Part shown: piece by piece, positions 18,554 through 27,654 of the stretch
Layout of the letters: each line of letters opens with the position of its first letter
Numbering within the stretch: the first letter of the stretch is position 1
Assembly (NCBI GenBank): GCA_034669905.1
Contig: JAXMOL010000012.1
Location: forward strand, 86,135-150,134
Length of the DNA: 64,000 nucleotides
Direction: 5' to 3'
Source: Candidatus Hydrogenedentota bacterium
GTDB taxonomy: Bacteria > Hydrogenedentota > Hydrogenedentia > Hydrogenedentales > JAEUWI01
The notes under the pieces: generated by a model
Seen by the model: only the letters and a program-made list of their open reading frames with translations
Database searches by the model: none
What the model was told of the DNA's origin: nothing
Program-made: the position numbers and the translations under genes

Positions 18554-21500
18554 ATGACTTTCAACACCAAAACGATCCATCTCTTTCCCGGTAACGCCAG
18601 GCTCCACCGCACGGCCGCAGCGGCCTCGCTGATGATGAGTGCCCTGATTCCCGGTGCCTTCGCCCAGAACCAGAGCGAACTCCATGAGATTCCCAAGCCG
18701 GATGTGGCCGCGGAACTCGCGGAATTCGAAGTGGCCGAGGGATTTGAAGTAAATCTCTTCGCCGCCGAGCCCATGGTGGCCAATCCCATCGGTATCAGTT
18801 GGGATGCCGACGGCCGTCTCTGGGTCGCAGGCAGTACCCTTTATCCTCACATTGCGCCCGGCCAGCAACTCGCGGACAGTATTTCCGTGCTGGAAGATGT
18901 GGATGGTGACGGCGTGGCGGATACTTCCACGGTGTTTGCCCAGGGCCTTTTTATTCCCACAAGTGTCCTACCAGGTGACGGTGGTGTCTACGTCTGCAAC
19001 AGCACCGAAATTCTCCACCTGAGTGACACGGATGGCGATGGAAAAGCGGACAAAACGCGCGTAGTGCTTTCGGGCTTCGGCACGGAAGATACCCACCAGA
19101 CCATTCACAGTCTCCGCTGGGGGCCCGATGGCTTCCTCTACTTTAACCAGTCCATCTATATCCACAGCCATGTGGAAACGCCCTATGGCGTGAAGCGTCT
19201 GGGCGGCGGCGGCATCTGGCAGTTTAATCCCCAGACCCTCCAGCTGGAAGTCCTTTCCCGGGGCCAGGTAAACCCCTGGGGACACCATCAGGATCAGTGG
19301 GGCCAATCTTTTTCGACGGATGGGGCCTACCACGAAGGGATTAACTACGTTTTTCCCGGGGCGACTTTCCTGCACTCGGGGATTACGCCCATCCTGAAGG
19401 GTTTTAACCCCGGTAGCCCCAAGCATTGCGGGTTGGAAATCATCAATGGTCGCCACCTGCCGGAAGACTGGCGCGGCAACCACATCACCAACGACTTTCG
19501 CGGACACCGGGTTTGTCGCTTCGTGGTGAAGGACAGTGGCACGGGCTTCGTTTCGGAAGAGCAGACCGAGCTGATTAAGACATTGAATGTCTGGTTCCGT
19601 CCGGTGGATGTGAAGATGGGCCCCGATGGCGCTATCTACATTGCGGACTGGTATAACCCCATCATCCAGCACGGCGAGGTCGATTTCCGCGATCCCCGTC
19701 GTGACCACGAGCATGGCCGCATCTGGCGTGTGACCGCGAAGGATCGCCCCCTGGTTCCCCGTCCTCAGATCTCCAGCGCTTCGACCAAGGGCTTGCTCTC
19801 CCTGATGAGCGCAGAAGAAGAGTGGACCCGGATTCAGGCCCGGCAGATGCTGAAGACCAAGCCTCGTAAGGAGGTCATTGGGGCCCTGACCACCTGGTTG
19901 GCCGAATCAACGGCCGAGGGCGTGGCACGGGAAGAGCAGGTGCTGGAAGCGCTCTGGACTTGGAACACCCTCGACATTGTCGAGCCGAACGTGTTGAAAG
20001 AAGCCCTGGCTGCGACGGACTTCCGCATTCGTGCGGCGGCTGTCCGGGTCATGAGTTACTGGCTGGACCGTCTCGGACCGGCGGCCGAATGGCATGCCCG
20101 GGCCCTCGAGCTGGCCCAGGATGAACACAGCCGGGTTCGTCTGGAAGCCGTTCGCTTGCTGACCAAAGTGCCGGGTAGCGATGCGGTGCTGGCGGCCATG
20201 GGTACCTATGGTGCCGAGCGGGACGAGTTCCTCGACTACGCGCTGCTGTTGACCCTGCGGGAACGCAAGGCCGATTGGCTGCCCGAAGTGCGGAAAGACA
20301 ATGCGGCGTTTACGGAAAATTCCGACCGTCTGCTTTTCGCCCTGGACGCCGTGGCCGATGGGGAAGTGGTTCCGCCGCTCGTCCATGGATTGGCCCAGAA
20401 GCGTTTCACCGATACCCAGGCAGTGAAGGCCATTGAGCTGATTTCTGCCCATGGTAATCCCGGTCAGGTTGGGACCGTATTGGAGCAATTGTGTACCCGC
20501 TTTGAGAGTGGCGACGAGTCCGCCGTGCCCTTGTGGCAGGCCCTCCTCGGCGGCACACGCAAACGTAATATGCAACCGGGTAGCGGACTGGACCGCGTCG
20601 TGACACTGGCTTCGGAAAAGTCGGGCACGATTCAGCATCAGGCCCTGGAAGCCGTCGCCGCGTGGCGTATCGAAGCGATTCGTCCCACCCTGACGGCCTT
20701 CCTGAAGAATGGTGATTCGACGCCCCACATTCGCAATCTCAGTATTGAGGCCCTGCGTAATCTTGGCGGCGAAGCGAGTAAGAACCTCTTGATTGAGCTC
20801 ACGAAGAGTCATCCCGACCGGAGCACCCGGGCGCGCGCGGCGACGGCCCTGGTGGCCATGGCCCCGGCAGACGCTGCTGAGGCCGCCGTTCCGCTGCTTC
20901 AGAGCAGTGAGAGCGAAGGCGAGGTGAAAGGCCTTCTGGATGCCTTCGTACGTCAGGAAGCCTCCCTGGCCGCGTTGGCGAAAGGGCTGGAAGGGCAGAC
21001 GCTGACCCGCGAAGTGGCGAAACAGGCCGAGCGGGTGCTGACCAGTTCGGGCCGTAAGGTCGACGTGGCCCTCGATGCCGTGCGGACCGCCGGCGGACTG
21101 CTCGACCAGGGCGCCCTTTGGAATGCGGAGAGCATCGCCGCGCTCGTGACGGCGGCAAAGACGACGGGTGACGCCGCACGAGGCGAACAGCACTATCGCA
21201 CCCTGGCCTGCGTCCAGTGTCATGCCATCGGCGGTGCGGGTGGTATCCTGGGCCCCGATCTGTCGAGCATCGGCGGTAGTGCCCAGGTGGACTATCTCGT
21301 GGAGTCCCTCCTGTTCCCCAATAAAATGATCAAGGAAGGCTATCACTCCATCGTGGTGGAAACGGCCGACCTCGAGACCTACAGTGGCATCAAGGTCGAA
21401 GAGAATGACACCACCATGTTGCTTCGTGATGTGAATGGCGAACATACCATTTTCCTCGACCAGATTGAGAAGACGGAAGATGGGCAGTCCCTCATGCCGG

Positions 21501-22042
21501 GGGGACTGGTCGACGGCTTGCTCGACAATGAGATTGCCGACATGGTCGCCTTCCTCTCCAGTCTCGGGCGCGTGCCTGAATGGTCGGTGGGCACCGAAAA
21601 GGTCGTCCGCAGTTGGGAAGTGCTTCAGAGTAATCCCACCATCATGCAGCGTCTCTTCCAATCCGGTCCGGAATTGGTCGCGGTGGATCATGAAGAGCTG
21701 ACCTGGGGCCCGGCCTACACGACGGTCGGCGGTACCCTGTCTATCACGGACTTCCCGAAGGTGCAGCATCGCTACTGGATGAACCAGGGGTACAGCGCGG
21801 CCCGCTTCCGGGTGAATGCCACCGAGGCGGGGTCGGTGATCCTGGTTACGGAAGGACTCGCGGGCACCGACGGTTGGGTGAACGGGGAGAAGATTACCAT
21901 CACCGAGCGTACAACGGTTGCGCTCCCGGCCGGTGACTCGACGGTGGTTTTCCTTATTGATCATGCATCGGCACCCACCACGGTGCGGGTGATGTTGGAA
22001 GATGACCCGGCGTCGTCGGCGACGGTACGCCCCCTACTGTAA
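18554..22042 (+). CDS. PVC-type membrane-bound dehydrogenase-domain protein with HEAT repeats and c-type heme (CxxCH)
   Basis: FEVNLFAAEP..NP, DxDGDG motifs, FRPVD...GPDGAIYIADW, HEAT-like repeats, CVQCH...GPDLS...SLMP. Confidence 0.9.
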   Translation: MTFNTKTIHLFPGNARLHRTAAAASLMMSALIPGAFAQNQSELHEIPKPDVAAELAEFEVAEGFEVNLFAAEPMVANPIGISWDADGRLWVAGSTLYPHIAPGQQLADSISVLEDVDGDGVADTSTVFAQGLFIPTSVLPGDGGVYVCNSTEILHLSDTDGDGKADKTRVVLSGFGTEDTHQTIHSLRWGPDGFLYFNQSIYIHSHVETPYGVKRLGGGGIWQFNPQTLQLEVLSRGQVNPWGHHQDQWGQSFSTDGAYHEGINYVFPGATFLHSGITPILKGFNPGSPKHCGLEIINGRHLPEDWRGNHITNDFRGHRVCRFVVKDSGTGFVSEEQTELIKTLNVWFRPVDVKMGPDGAIYIADWYNPIIQHGEVDFRDPRRDHEHGRIWRVTAKDRPLVPRPQISSASTKGLLSLMSAEEEWTRIQARQMLKTKPRKEVIGALTTWLAESTAEGVAREEQVLEALWTWNTLDIVEPNVLKEALAATDFRIRAAAVRVMSYWLDRLGPAAEWHARALELAQDEHSRVRLEAVRLLTKVPGSDAVLAAMGTYGAERDEFLDYALLLTLRERKADWLPEVRKDNAAFTENSDRLLFALDAVADGEVVPPLVHGLAQKRFTDTQAVKAIELISAHGNPGQVGTVLEQLCTRFESGDESAVPLWQALLGGTRKRNMQPGSGLDRVVTLASEKSGTIQHQALEAVAAWRIEAIRPTLTAFLKNGDSTPHIRNLSIEALRNLGGEASKNLLIELTKSHPDRSTRARAATALVAMAPADAAEAAVPLLQSSESEGEVKGLLDAFVRQEASLAALAKGLEGQTLTREVAKQAERVLTSSGRKVDVALDAVRTAGGLLDQGALWNAESIAALVTAAKTTGDAARGEQHYRTLACVQCHAIGGAGGILGPDLSSIGGSAQVDYLVESLLFPNKMIKEGYHSIVVETADLETYSGIKVEENDTTMLLRDVNGEHTIFLDQIEKTEDGQSLMPGGLVDGLLDNEIADMVAFLSSLGRVPEWSVGTEKVVRSWEVLQSNPTIMQRLFQSGPELVAVDHEELTWGPAYTTVGGTLSITDFPKVQHRYWMNQGYSAARFRVNATEAGSVILVTEGLAGTDGWVNGEKITITERTTVALPAGDSTVVFLIDHASAPTTVRVMLEDDPASSATVRPLL

Positions 22043-22069
22043 GCGGGTAATTTGCTCAGGCTCCCTTGT

Positions 22070-22112
22070 GGCCCTGAACCTTCCTTCGTGGATGGTTCAG
22101 GGTCTTTTTTTT
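22070..22112 (+). terminator. Rho-independent terminator
   Basis: GGCCCTGAACC...GGTTCAGGGTC stem followed by T8. Confidence 0.88.
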
Positions 22113-22126
22113 GGGGGAGGTGGGGG

Positions 22127-22155
22127 TTGACAGAATGGGCTACTTACCGTAAGGT
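22127..22155 (+). promoter_or_regulatory. Putative sigma70 promoter of the desaturase-family gene
   Basis: TTGACA-17 nt-TAAGGT; the -10 lies within the palindrome TTACC-GTAA-GGTAA. Confidence 0.55.
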
Positions 22156-22198
22156 AATCGAAGGGGTTCTCCAGGTTACAGCTACCAGGAATTTCGTC

Positions 22199-23521
22199 AT
22201 GTACATCATCATGGCCATACCGGTTTTCTTCATACTTATCGGGGTGGAGTTGCTGCTCAGTAAGATTCAGGGCAAAAAACTGTACCGGCTGAATGATTCC
22301 ATCAATGACCTGAGCATGGGGATGCTCTCCATGGTAGGCGGGCCCTTTTTTAAGACCATCGTCTTCGCCGGCTACCTCTATATTTATCAGCATTGGCGCC
22401 TCCTGGACATGGGAGCCACTTCCCTGTATGGCGTGACCGGATTTTCTGTCTGGGTCTGGGTCTCCTGTTTTCTCATGAAGGACCTTATGTATTACTGGGC
22501 CCACAGGATGAGCCACCAGATGAATATCGGCTGGGCGGCCCATATCGCCCACCACCAGAGCGAAGAATACAATCTTGCCGTCGCGCTGCGGCAAAGCGCC
22601 TTCCAGGGACTTTTCTTCTGGGTCTTCTACCTGCCCCTGGCCCTCATCGGTTTCCCGCCGGGGGTATATTTCGTCTGCTCGCAATTGAACACCCTCTATC
22701 AATTCTGGATTCATACACGGACCATCGGCAAACTCGGGCCCCTGGAGTGGGTCTTAAATACCCCATCCCACCATCGGGTACACCACGGGCGGGATCCAAA
22801 GTACATTGACAAGAATCACGCGGGCACCTTTATTATCTGGGACCGGATGTTTGGTACCTTCCAGGAAGAAGAGGAAGAACCCACCTACGGAATCGTGACG
22901 CCCCTGAAAAGCTGGAATCCGGTCTGGGGTCAAATTCACTACTTCGTCAAGCTCGTGAAGACGAGTATCGCGGCACCCCGGTGGTCCGACAAGATACTGC
23001 TGTGGCTGAAAGAGCCTGCCTGGGAGCCCCGGGGACTGGAGGCGCCGGAAGGGCAGGTGCCCGAGAGCCGTCGGCCGGGCTATAAGAATTACGACACCCG
23101 AATCCCAGCGGGTCTGGCGGTCTACGCCTTGCTGCATTTTGTCGTGGCACTTTGGATGGTGACAGGGTGGCTGAGCGTGAAGGGGGCCATGCCCTGGGGC
23201 CAGTTTGCCGGGTCGGCGGCCTTCTTCGCCTTTCACCTGGCGTGCATTGGCGGACTCTTTGAACTGAAGCGCTGGGCCTTCCCCGCCGAGGCGTTCCGAC
23301 TTCTGGCCATGCTGGCCATTTTCTTCCACGATGGGTGGGCCTTTTTCGGCTTCACGCCCCTGACGGGACTCCCCCTCAAGATTGCCATCACGTGGGCGAC
23401 CATCGCCTCGCTGGCATGGCTCTTCCGGTACCGGCGGCAGTTTGGCGTGCCGCAGGTGCCCTTGCCACGGGAAGAGGGGGTGTTGGCGACGAAAGTGCAG
23501 GAACCGGCCGAACCCCAATAG
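22199..23521 (+). CDS. Sterol desaturase/fatty-acid hydroxylase family protein, alkylglycerol monooxygenase-like
   Basis: His boxes HRMSH, HIAHH, QFWIH and HHRVHH; WDRMFGTF; YG...P..SWNP; extra C-terminal TM region. Start set at MYIIMAIP. Confidence 0.88.
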   Translation: MYIIMAIPVFFILIGVELLLSKIQGKKLYRLNDSINDLSMGMLSMVGGPFFKTIVFAGYLYIYQHWRLLDMGATSLYGVTGFSVWVWVSCFLMKDLMYYWAHRMSHQMNIGWAAHIAHHQSEEYNLAVALRQSAFQGLFFWVFYLPLALIGFPPGVYFVCSQLNTLYQFWIHTRTIGKLGPLEWVLNTPSHHRVHHGRDPKYIDKNHAGTFIIWDRMFGTFQEEEEEPTYGIVTPLKSWNPVWGQIHYFVKLVKTSIAAPRWSDKILLWLKEPAWEPRGLEAPEGQVPESRRPGYKNYDTRIPAGLAVYALLHFVVALWMVTGWLSVKGAMPWGQFAGSAAFFAFHLACIGGLFELKRWAFPAEAFRLLAMLAIFFHDGWAFFGFTPLTGLPLKIAITWATIASLAWLFRYRRQFGVPQVPLPREEGVLATKVQEPAEPQ

Positions 23522-23633
23522 CACTGGTTCGTGGATCGATTTGGTCAGATGATCTGCTAGTCAGTTTGGTGCAGTTCATTCGATCGCAGAAATAAGCATA
23601 GCCTGTACCATTGGGTGTAGTGGCAGAAAGTAA

Positions 23634-24021
23634 GGTTCATGGGTAATAAGTGGGGCGGATTTATGTGAATATCCAAGTGCCGGAGCTAAGAGCTTGTTGC
23701 AATGGTTTTGGTGAAACATATCGCCACGCATTTTTTTGCAGATAGAACCACAAGCCCTGGACGTGCCGCGCGATCGGGTACTCCAGTTCGTGCGCAGGGG
23801 CGGTGGGACGTCATTGGGGGCGGTGTCGTTGTGGGAAGTCGTCAAGATGTCATGGAGAAAATAGCGCACTGCCCTTGGCCCGGGACCGCCATCGAGTGAC
23901 CTAATGGTATCTCCCGACCCGCGCACGAACCGGGAATACCGGATCGCGCGGCACGATTGTTGGGTTTAGTTCGTTTGTGCGGTGGGCGTTTTTGTTGGTA
24001 CCCACTAATTGCCCATGAACC
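23634..24021. mobile_element. Candidate MITE (388 bp) with 21-bp terminal inverted repeats
   Basis: GGTTCATGGGTAATAAGTGGG versus the reverse complement of CCCACTAATTGCCCATGAACC (19/21). Flanks GAAAGTAA and GGAAGTAA match 7/8. Confidence 0.5.
23761..23955. repeat. Inverted pair of dispersed repeat copies C (23761-23794) and D (23922-23955)
   Basis: CGTGCCGCGCGATC...GTTCGTGCG present in opposite orientations. Confidence 0.8.
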
Positions 24022-24027
24022 GGAAGT

Positions 24028-24244
24028 AATGGGGCGGGCTTTCAGCCCTTACTATAGAATACGTTTGATTTCCTGGGGCGTTGCCCCAGGCTGGAATGTC
24101 TCGCGCCTTTGGCGCTTTAAACATAGACCCCGATGCGTTGCGGATTTCTTGTGAAGGGCCAACGGCCCGGTAACATATCAGCATGGGGCAACGCCCCATG
24201 TTCGGGACCAAAATCTTCCTTAAGGGCTGAAAGTCCGCCCCATT
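24028..24244. repeat. REPIN-like composite palindromic element
   Basis: 24-bp terminal IR (AATGGGGCGGGCTTTCAGCCCTTA / TAAGGGCTGAAAGTCCGCCCCATT, 1 mismatch). Internal hairpins CCTGGGGCGTTGCCCCAGG, GCGCCTTTGGCGC, GGGCCAACGGCCC and CATGGGGCAACGCCCCATG. Confidence 0.8.
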
Positions 24245-24629
24245 GCATTCTGAAACGAAAAATCCCCCCTAAATCCCCATCCCGCCCGTAACTTCGAGGG
24301 TGTGTCCATTGATGTAGCCTGCGAAGGGGGAAGCGAGCAGCAGTATGCCTCCAGCCGCTGGTATGTCTCGCGCCTTTGGCGCTTTAAACAACATAGACCC
24401 CGTTGCGTTGCGGATTTCTTGTGAAGGGCCAACGGCCCGGTAACATATCAGCATGGGGCAACGCCCCATGTTCGGGACCAGAATCTTCCTTAAGGGCTGA
24501 AAGTCCGCCCCATTGCATTCTGCAACGACAAATCCCCCCTAAATCCCCATCCCGCCCGTAACTTCGAGGGTGTGTCCATTGATGTAGCCTGCGAAGGGGG
24601 AAGCGAGCAGCAGTATGCCTCCAGCCGCT
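24090..24629. repeat. Tandem direct duplication of about 270 bp (24090-24359 and 24357-24629) including the SDR gene 3' end
   Basis: Direct alignment shows 5 substitutions and one 3-nt indel, with GCT microhomology at the junction. Confidence 0.95.
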
Positions 24630-25369
24630 TCTTCCACCGTGCCGGTGCGGCCGAGGGGGATCATCATCTTAACCATGTCATGCATGTGGCCGGGAACGCC
24701 CAGGGGGATTTCTTCGCCCTCTACGGCAATGGTCTCGCCGCTCTCTTTCGCCTGGGTCAGTCGGGTTTCGATATAGCCGAAGGCCACCGCGTTGCAGCGG
24801 ATGCCGAAAGCGCCCCACTCTTTGGCCACGGTCTTCGTAAAGCCCACCATGCCCATCTTGGCCGTGGCGTAGTTCAACTGCCCGATGTTGCCATGGAGCC
24901 CGGAGGTGGAGGACACGTTGATGATGCAGCGGGGGGAGCGGGGTTTTCCGGCCGCCTGCTCTTCCCGCGCGCCATCCCGCATGTAGGGTGCGGCGGCACG
25001 GACGAGGCGGAAGGGGGCCGTAGTGTGCACCGCCAGCATGGCCTCCCACTGCTTGTCACTCATCTTGTGCAGCATGCCGTCCCAGGTGTAGCCGGCATTA
25101 TTTACAAGGATATTGATGGTGCCAAAGGCGCGGTGGGCCTCTTCGAAAAGTTGATTGGGGAAGTCGGGGTCCGTAACATCGCCCGGAACCCCGATGGCAC
25201 GGCCACCTGCTTTTTCAATGGCGGCCACGACTTCTTCCGTCGGACCACTGTCTCGGTCGCTTACGACCACACGGGCACCATGGGCCGCAAAAAGCGTGGC
25301 GGCGGCGGCCCCGATGCCTCGTCCGGCACCGGTAATAATGGCCACTTGATCTTGAAGGAGGGAAGTCAT
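24539..25369 (-). CDS. Short-chain dehydrogenase/reductase (3-oxoacyl reductase-like)
   Basis: TGAGRGIG, NNAG, NVSS and YATAK motifs. Confidence 0.93.
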   Translation of the reverse strand: MTSLLQDQVAIITGAGRGIGAAAATLFAAHGARVVVSDRDSGPTEEVVAAIEKAGGRAIGVPGDVTDPDFPNQLFEEAHRAFGTINILVNNAGYTWDGMLHKMSDKQWEAMLAVHTTAPFRLVRAAAPYMRDGAREEQAAGKPRSPRCIINVSSTSGLHGNIGQLNYATAKMGMVGFTKTVAKEWGAFGIRCNAVAFGYIETRLTQAKESGETIAVEGEEIPLGVPGHMHDMVKMMIPLGRTGTVEEAAGGILLLASPFAGYINGHTLEVTGGMGI

Positions 25370-25553
25370 GGTGATACCTTTCGAAACGAGGAGGGGTTAA
25401 TCGATGTCCAATAACGAACGGGTATTATTTCACGGTTCCGGTCTCAGATAAAAGCGCCCCTATGGGGTGCAGCACGGTGGGCTTCAATCGCAGGTGCCGG
25501 GTCGTGGTGTCGCGGGGTAGGGCTTTCCCAAACGAGTGAAACGAGGTGTTCAG

Positions 25554-26456
25554 GTGAAGACGATTTTGGTACGGGGCATTGTGGCCTTTGGAGTGTTGGC
25601 TGGTTGTATGGGCGTAATGGCGGCAGGGGCGTCGTCTTCGGCGCAGGCCGCGCCCGGAACCGACCCCTTTTCGAAGCCCATGCTGATGGGTGTCCATCGG
25701 GGCGGTGCGGCGGAGTGGCCGGAGAATACCGTGGTGGCCTTTCGGGAAGTGGCCAAAGCCTATCCCGAGGTGTTGCTGGAGGGTGACCTTCAGTTGACGA
25801 AAGATGGCGTGGTGGTGTTACTCCACGACAAGACGGTGGACCGGACTACCAACGGCACGGGCGCGGTGAAAGCGCTGACCCTGGCGGAATTGAAGACCCT
25901 GGACGCGGGGTACCATTTCACCACCGACGGGGGCGCGACGTACCCCTGGCGGGGAAAGGGGGTTACGATTCCGACGCTTGAGGAAGTATTGGAAGTCATG
26001 CCGACGCACCGGGCGCTCTTTGAGCTGAAAGATGGCGAAGGCCTGGCCGCGGCGGTGGCGCCCATTATACGCGCTCACAAGGCAACCGAGCGTATCATTA
26101 TTGCGTCTTTTCAGGAGTCCCTGATGGAGGCTATGCGTGCCGAGATGCCGGAGATCGCCACCTGTTTTGCCCGGGGGGGAGCGTTGAAACTTTTTATGGC
26201 CCTCCGCGTGGGGGGCTGGGATGCCTACGTACCCACCGACCGCATGTTGTCGCTGACGCGAGGTCACTTCACACAGTTTTCCATTACGGCGGAAGAGGTC
26301 GGGCGAATCCAGGAAAAAGGCATTCTGGTTCAGGCACATACTCCCAATACGGCCGATGAAATTGATCACTACATCGATATGGGGGTCGACAGTATCTTGA
26401 GTGACCGCCCTTCCCTGTTGGCCGCGCGCATCGCGGCAAAGAAAGCTGTTGAATGA
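25554..26456 (+). CDS. Secreted glycerophosphodiester phosphodiesterase (GDPD)
   Basis: Signal peptide; HRGG..EWPENT, EGDLQLTKDG, HD.TVDRTT, ELK and DSILSDRP motifs. GTG start after GAGGTG. Confidence 0.92.
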   Translation: MKTILVRGIVAFGVLAGCMGVMAAGASSSAQAAPGTDPFSKPMLMGVHRGGAAEWPENTVVAFREVAKAYPEVLLEGDLQLTKDGVVVLLHDKTVDRTTNGTGAVKALTLAELKTLDAGYHFTTDGGATYPWRGKGVTIPTLEEVLEVMPTHRALFELKDGEGLAAAVAPIIRAHKATERIIIASFQESLMEAMRAEMPEIATCFARGGALKLFMALRVGGWDAYVPTDRMLSLTRGHFTQFSITAEEVGRIQEKGILVQAHTPNTADEIDHYIDMGVDSILSDRPSLLAARIAAKKAVE

Positions 26457-26531
26457 ACGGGCTTGCTAAACAGCCCTGAAGGCCCTCGGTCGGCCCTGTA
26501 GCATTCCCACTATTTGGCCGGTGCATCGAAC

Positions 26532-26568
26532 AAAATCGCCCCCGGAAGCCAAGGCTACCGGGGGCGAA
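26532..26568 (-). terminator. Probable terminator hairpin between the convergent GDPD and DUF1559 genes
   Basis: TCGCCCCCGG...CCGGGGGCGA stem, followed by TTTTGTT on the minus strand. Confidence 0.7.
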
Positions 26569-26601
26569 TGCGCTATCGGGTAAGGGGCTGCATGCGTCGA
26601 A

Positions 26602-27540
26602 TTATGCACCCAGTGAGGTGAGTTTGGCCCACGCTGTGCTCGTGGGGAACTGGTCGTCTTCGCCACCTCCGCCATTGTCATCGGCAACCGTTGCACCGTT
26701 GGCTACGTATTTCTGGAACTCCACGTGTCCGTCGGCGAAGAGCACATTGGCCCCACCCGGTACGTGGTTGAAGATGGAGACGCTTTCACCCACTACGTCC
26801 CACATGATCGGAAGGGTCGATTGGGCCTTGGCGGCGCCTGCGGGGTTGTTGATATCCGTAATGAAGAAGCGCTCGATGCCTTCGCGGAAGCGCAGCATGG
26901 GGATGTTTTCCCCGGCGGCATACTCACTGTTGCCGGGATGGTCAAAGTCGTGATCTCGTTCCAGGTCGTCTTCGACCTGATCGAACTGACCGCCCAGAAA
27001 CGGAATGATCATAACATTGAGAAAGAAGGACCAAATACCCTGAGTCCCTGGATCGTTTTGGTAGGGTGAAATGTAGGAGTTGTCGGGAATCGCATAGCCC
27101 AGATAAATGTAGGAACGGTCAGAGGTGTCCGTTGCGCCGGTGTAAAGACCGGTCCGTGGATCGCCGTCCAGCATTTCGGTCGAAATGTTCCCAGTGAGGT
27201 CCAGCCATTGGCCCCCTTGGCCGATGAATTCATCGGGGTCGCCTTCCGTATCCGAGGGGCAAAAGATGGCATTGAGATCCGTCAGATACTCGGGGTAAGT
27301 CGCCGCAGCAGAAAAGAAGAAGTTGCCGGGGTTGATCGATTTGGGGGGAAACTTTTCTCCCTTGGACTCATTGGCGAACATCTTGCACACCAAGCCCATC
27401 TGTTTCAGATTATTCTGACAGGATGCCCGTCGGGCCGCTTCCCGTGCCCGGGCCAATGCCGGGAGTAGAATGGCTGCCAGTATGCCGATGATGGCAATGA
27501 CCACCAGCAGTTCAATCAGGGTGAAACCACGCTTTTTCAT
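26602..27540 (-). CDS. Prepilin-type N-terminal cleavage/methylation domain protein (DUF1559, H-X9-DG motif)
   Basis: [46 protein letters not shown] at the N-terminus; [18 protein letters not shown] near the C-terminus. Confidence 0.95.
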   Translation of the reverse strand: MKKRGFTLIELLVVIAIIGILAAILLPALARAREAARRASCQNNLKQMGLVCKMFANESKGEKFPPKSINPGNFFFSAAATYPEYLTDLNAIFCPSDTEGDPDEFIGQGGQWLDLTGNISTEMLDGDPRTGLYTGATDTSDRSYIYLGYAIPDNSYISPYQNDPGTQGIWSFFLNVMIIPFLGGQFDQVEDDLERDHDFDHPGNSEYAAGENIPMLRFREGIERFFITDINNPAGAAKAQSTLPIMWDVVGESVSIFNHVPGGANVLFADGHVEFQKYVANGATVADDNGGGGEDDQFPTSTAWAKLTSLGA

Positions 27541-27625
27541 AGTTCGGTGCCTTTCAGAGTACGATTCCGTTGTCCTGGCGAACCAGTCTACACAACGGGA
27601 TCGCCCTTATGAATAATACTTCATC

Positions 27626-27654
27626 AGCCTATAGGAGGGCACCTGATCTGTCAA
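27626..27654 (-). promoter_or_regulatory. Putative sigma70 promoter of the DUF1559 gene
   Basis: Minus strand TTGACA-17 nt-TAGGCT. Confidence 0.6.

Noticed and set aside
19907..21964. 685-aa minus-strand ORF
   Set aside because: Lies antisense to the motif-rich heme-c dehydrogenase gene; typical high-GC shadow ORF with no recognisable motifs.
24005..24469. Small ORFs ending in ...LEVTGGMGI or starting MGRCPML
   Set aside because: By-products of the palindromic repeat and the duplicated SDR 3' end; no RBS or independent coding evidence.
24090..24629. CRISPR array, prophage att site or complete DGR
   Set aside because: Only two long copies with no spacers, and no cas, integrase, RT or Avd gene in the window. 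Kept only as a duplication with an unexplained A bias.
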